Origin: Candidatus Tremblayella phenacoccinincola
GTDB taxonomy: Bacteria > Pseudomonadota > Gammaproteobacteria > Burkholderiales > Burkholderiaceae
Assembly (NCBI RefSeq): GCF_009805595.3
Contig: NZ_VMQO03000001.1
Location: forward strand, 55,911-87,910
DNA length: 32,000 nucleotides
Direction of reading: 5' to 3'
The notes below the pieces were generated by a model. It had not been told where the DNA came from. It saw only the letters and a list, made by a program, of their open reading frames with translations, and did not search any database. The translations under genes were made by a program, and so were the position numbers. Position 1 is the first letter of the stretch. Each line of letters opens with the position of its first letter. Below are positions 29,289 through 32,000 of the stretch, one piece after another.

Positions 29289-29310
29289 GGAAGGTAAAGC
29301 TAGGAAGGGG
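29289..29310. repeat. inverted-repeat core, left arm (ggaaggtaaagctaggaagggg)
   Basis: 21/22 match to the reverse complement of 29812-29833. It is embedded in a C-poor GA/GT-rich tract, about 29240-29520. Confidence 0.7.
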
Positions 29311-29612
29311 TTTGAGAGGAGGAAGAGTGTTTAGGTTTGTCTCTGTGTTGATGAAGAAGAAGGTTGATGATGGTGGAAGAGAAGGAGGGTGTGAGGGAGT
29401 TGGAAATAAATGTGTGTGAAAGACTGGGAGTGTGTGAGAGAAGAGGAGAATGAGAGAGGAGAATGGTAGGAGAAGAAGATGGGTATAGAAGATGGGTATA
29501 GAAGAAGAGAGATATAATAGGAAGCTCTTTCCCCAACAGGTGGTATGTCCATGCCTATAGCTGCACGCATTAGAACCTAGAACTACCAGGTATTTCATAG
29601 TGAAGACAACAG

Positions 29613-29669
29613 CCATAAACATAACCATAAGCATAACTTCAACTAAACGAATTAATGGTGAAGCCTCAA
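29613..29669 (+). repeat. repeat A copy 2 (57 bp, a duplicate of the infC 5' coding end, no gene attached)
   Basis: 57/57 identity to 996-1052. It has 2 rather than 3 copies of the 12-bp unit. It diverges immediately after ...gaagcctcaa. Confidence 0.9.
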
Positions 29670-29811
29670 TCAAAACCTTCCCCTTCTCTCCCTCCCCCCA
29701 AAACCTATAACAAGTCCTTCCTTTCCTTTCCTTTCCTTTCTACCTCTTTACTACTCTTCCTTTTCCCCCCAGGCTTCCCCCTCAACACATCCAATACATT
29801 TTACCTTCTTT

Positions 29812-29833
29812 CCCCTTCCTACCTTTACCTTCC
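29812..29833. repeat. inverted-repeat core, right arm (ccccttcctacctttaccttcc)
   Basis: Reverse complement ggaaggtaaaggtaggaagggg, compared with 29289-29310. It is embedded in a G-poor CT-rich tract, about 29670-29850. Confidence 0.7.
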
Positions 29834-29971
29834 CCCCCAATAGCACCACCAAATACCTTCAACACAACCCTGCGTTAAAAGTATAAACTAATATCAATAA
29901 CCCTCAGCTTTTCCCACAAAGCCAACCAATGTACAACCTCTTAGTTCGTTAACTCAGCTGGTAGACCCACT

Positions 29972-31147
29972 ATGAAACCAACCTTTAAGCTTAGACTACC
30001 GGTGTATCTGGATTATAACTCTACTACGCCAGCTGATTCTAGAGTGGTGGACAAAATGCTACCATTCCTCAGACACAAGTTTGGCAACCCAGCCTCACGT
30101 TCACATATCTTAGGCTGGGAGGCTGAAGCTGCTGTAGAAAAAGCTAGAGAGTTCGTTGCTAGTTTAATCAAAGCTTCCAGTAAAGAAATTGTATGGACCT
30201 CAGGTGCAACTGAATCTAATAACTTAGCAATTAAAACCATCGCTCTTTCAAACCTTAACAAAGGAAGACATGTTATTACTCTAAAAACTGAACACAAAGC
30301 CGTCCTTGACACCTGTAGATACTTGGAATCAAAAGGCTTCATTGTTTCCTATTTAGCAGTTAACAACAATGGTTTGTTAGACCTAAACCTACTGAACAAA
30401 TGCATACAGCCTGATACCATCCTTGTAGTCATAATGTATGTTAACCATGAAATAGGGGTAATTCAGAATATAGAAAGCATAAGTAGCTTATGTTCAAGCT
30501 ATGGAATTCCGCTTCATGTTGATGCAGCGCAAGCAGTTGGTAAAGTATCAATAAATACCTCCAAGACTCAGATCAACACCATGTCTTTAACATCTCACAA
30601 AGCCTATGGACCCAAAGGAGTAGGGGCTTTGTATGTTAACAAGGCTAATGTATTTAAGATTGAACCTCAGATGCATGGTGGTGGTCAAGAGAAAGGCGTA
30701 CGTTCTGGAACTCTTCCAACACATCAAATAGTAGGAATGGGTGAAGCGTATCGGTTGATATACAACGAAGGCTTATCAGAGTTTAAGACCACAAAGCAGC
30801 TAAATGTTCATTTGGTTAAGGAATTAGTATCTATTGTTCAAGTAAACGTTAACGGAAGTTTAACATCTCGAATTCCACACAATATCAACATTAACATAAA
30901 GTATGTAGAAGGAGAAGCATTGATGATGTCGATGAAGAATGTTTGTGTTTCTTCAGGCTCTGCATGTACTTCTTCAGCTTTACAACCCTCATACATATTG
31001 CAAGCGATAGGCTGTATTCAAAACGTCCACAACTCTATTAGGTTCTCTCTAGGACGTTTCACTTTAGCTTCTGAGGTTGAATATGTGTCACAGGCTGTTA
31101 TAGAAAAGATTAAAAGATTAAGACAGCTTTCACCACTTTGGAGTTAA
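29972..31147 (+). CDS. iscS: cysteine desulfurase IscS
   Basis: LPVYLDYNSTTP, FGNPASRSH, TSGATESNNLAIK, SHKAYGPKG (PLP Lys) and SSGSACTS (active Cys). Confidence 0.93.
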   Translation: MKPTFKLRLPVYLDYNSTTPADSRVVDKMLPFLRHKFGNPASRSHILGWEAEAAVEKAREFVASLIKASSKEIVWTSGATESNNLAIKTIALSNLNKGRHVITLKTEHKAVLDTCRYLESKGFIVSYLAVNNNGLLDLNLLNKCIQPDTILVVIMYVNHEIGVIQNIESISSLCSSYGIPLHVDAAQAVGKVSINTSKTQINTMSLTSHKAYGPKGVGALYVNKANVFKIEPQMHGGGQEKGVRSGTLPTHQIVGMGEAYRLIYNEGLSEFKTTKQLNVHLVKELVSIVQVNVNGSLTSRIPHNININIKYVEGEALMMSMKNVCVSSGSACTSSALQPSYILQAIGCIQNVHNSIRFSLGRFTLASEVEYVSQAVIEKIKRLRQLSPLWS

Positions 31148-31148
31148 A

Positions 31149-31547
31149 ATGCTGTATAGTAAAAAGGTTTTACGTTATTATCACAGCAACAAAAATGTAG
31201 GCTCTTTCCCAGAAGGTGAAAACAACATTGGCACTGGGGTGGTTGGTTCGCCTTCATGTGGAGATGTTTTGAAGTTACAGCTAAAGATTGAGAATGGAGT
31301 TATTGTTGGTGCAAAATATAAAACTTACGGCTGTGGTTCAGCTATTGCTTCAAGTGCCTTGGTCGCTGAGTTAGTACAAGGAAAAACCCTAGAGCAAGCA
31401 ATGGCCATCAAGAATATAGAGATAATTAATGAATTGGGTCTACCCCCAATTAAAACACATTGTTCGGTTTTGGCAGAGAATGCAATTAAGACAGCCATTA
31501 CAAACTTCTATACAACAAACCCTAAAGATAAACCTAAAGCTAATTAA
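31149..31547 (+). CDS. iscU: Fe-S cluster scaffold IscU
   Basis: GSPSCGDVLKLQ, YKTYGCGSAIASS and PPIKTHCSVLAE. Confidence 0.93.
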   Translation: MLYSKKVLRYYHSNKNVGSFPEGENNIGTGVVGSPSCGDVLKLQLKIENGVIVGAKYKTYGCGSAIASSALVAELVQGKTLEQAMAIKNIEIINELGLPPIKTHCSVLAENAIKTAITNFYTTNPKDKPKAN

Positions 31548-31553
31548 GAAATA

Positions 31554-31877
31554 ATGTCACTACATTTTACAATGGAAGTAAGCCAATATGTTCGTTGTTT
31601 TATTAAGCCCTGGCAATACATAAGGATTAGGGTTTTTAAAGCTGGTTGTAATGGATTGTCTTATGAATTCAAAGCTGAGTCCAGAACCAGAAGGGAAGAC
31701 CTAGTATTTTGTATAGATGGTGTTAGGATTCTGTTAAACCAAGACAGCCTCCCATGTTTCAAAGCTCTTAAGGTAACTGTTAGAAACGTTAGTCTTGGAA
31801 TACGGATAGTGTTTGTGAATCCAAAAGCTACTTCAATATGTGGTTGTGGTAAGTCTTTAAGTATTAGTAGAAGCTAG
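31554..31877 (+). CDS. iscA: A-type Fe-S carrier (IscA/HesB family)
   Basis: AGCNGLSYEF and the C-terminal CGCGKS motif, positioned after iscU. Confidence 0.85.
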   Translation: MSLHFTMEVSQYVRCFIKPWQYIRIRVFKAGCNGLSYEFKAESRTRREDLVFCIDGVRILLNQDSLPCFKALKVTVRNVSLGIRIVFVNPKATSICGCGKSLSISRS

Positions 31878-31938
31878 CTGTTAAAGGTTAGTTGAGTAGT
31901 TTATTAGGGTTTTATTATTATTATTTGGATGATATGTG

Positions 31939-32000
31939 TGTATACGAGAGGGGAGAGAGAAGCTCTTTAATAGCTATAGCTGTTAACTCTCTCCTCTCCT
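31939..32000 (+). repeat. repeat B copy 2 (runs into window edge)
   Basis: 62/62 identity to 19436-19497, starting 61 nt after the iscA stop. Confidence 0.9.

Noticed and set aside
29194-29843. Four listed ORFs in the infB-iscS spacer: 29194-29673(-), 29300-29536(-), 29331-29570(-) and 29655-29843(+). They encode S/L/P/H/T-rich proteins.
   Set aside because: All three minus frames are open only because the + strand is nearly C-free there, so no tta/cta/tca stops arise. The + ORF lies in the G-poor CT tract. The products are low complexity with no family resemblance, and the 5' ends are just the translated infC-fragment repeat. I treat them as compositional artefacts.

Overview
Gene-dense, AT-biased window that looks like part of a highly reduced nutritional (insect-type) endosymbiont genome. 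I call 29 apparently intact protein genes. They cover translation (infC-rpmI-rplT, gltX, ileS, rpsT, rpmF, rpsF-rpsR-rplI, rbfA, infB, rluC-like), amino-acid synthesis (aroC, trpE-trpG, thrB, hom-thrC, cysK, argF), Fe-S assembly (iscS-iscU-iscA), sucA-sucB, grpE, ligA and yebC. There are also 3 tRNAs (Trp, Asp, Ser). No mobile elements, CRISPR, defence or secretion systems are visible. The interest is architectural. (1) There is a sharp compositional mosaic. An extremely AT-rich block (about 2150-11030, continuing less extremely through grpE/ligA to about 13400) has enterobacterial-style gene-order relics. It is embedded in about 35-50% G+C sequence carrying non-enteric solutions (kinase-fold ThrB, hom-thrC, stand-alone trpG). 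(2) Truncated gene stubs sit exactly at module edges: cysG C-terminal third, a 34-codon argH N-terminus, a tRNA-Arg 5' piece, and a 338-codon acnA N-terminal fragment. (3) Two perfect direct-repeat pairs are interleaved: A is 57 bp and equals the 5' end of infC; B is at least 62 bp and is a GA/CT hairpin. (4) An 820-bp non-coding purine-arm/pyrimidine-arm spacer lies between infB and iscS. It contains the second infC 5' copy. (5) G/C homopolymer clusters, short tandem arrays and SD-led uORFs occupy the few long spacers. The pattern resembles what I recall being reported for the beta/gamma chimeric mealybug symbiont Ca. Tremblaya phenacola PPER. I cannot verify that identity without a database search. 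All homology calls are by eye against remembered protein families.
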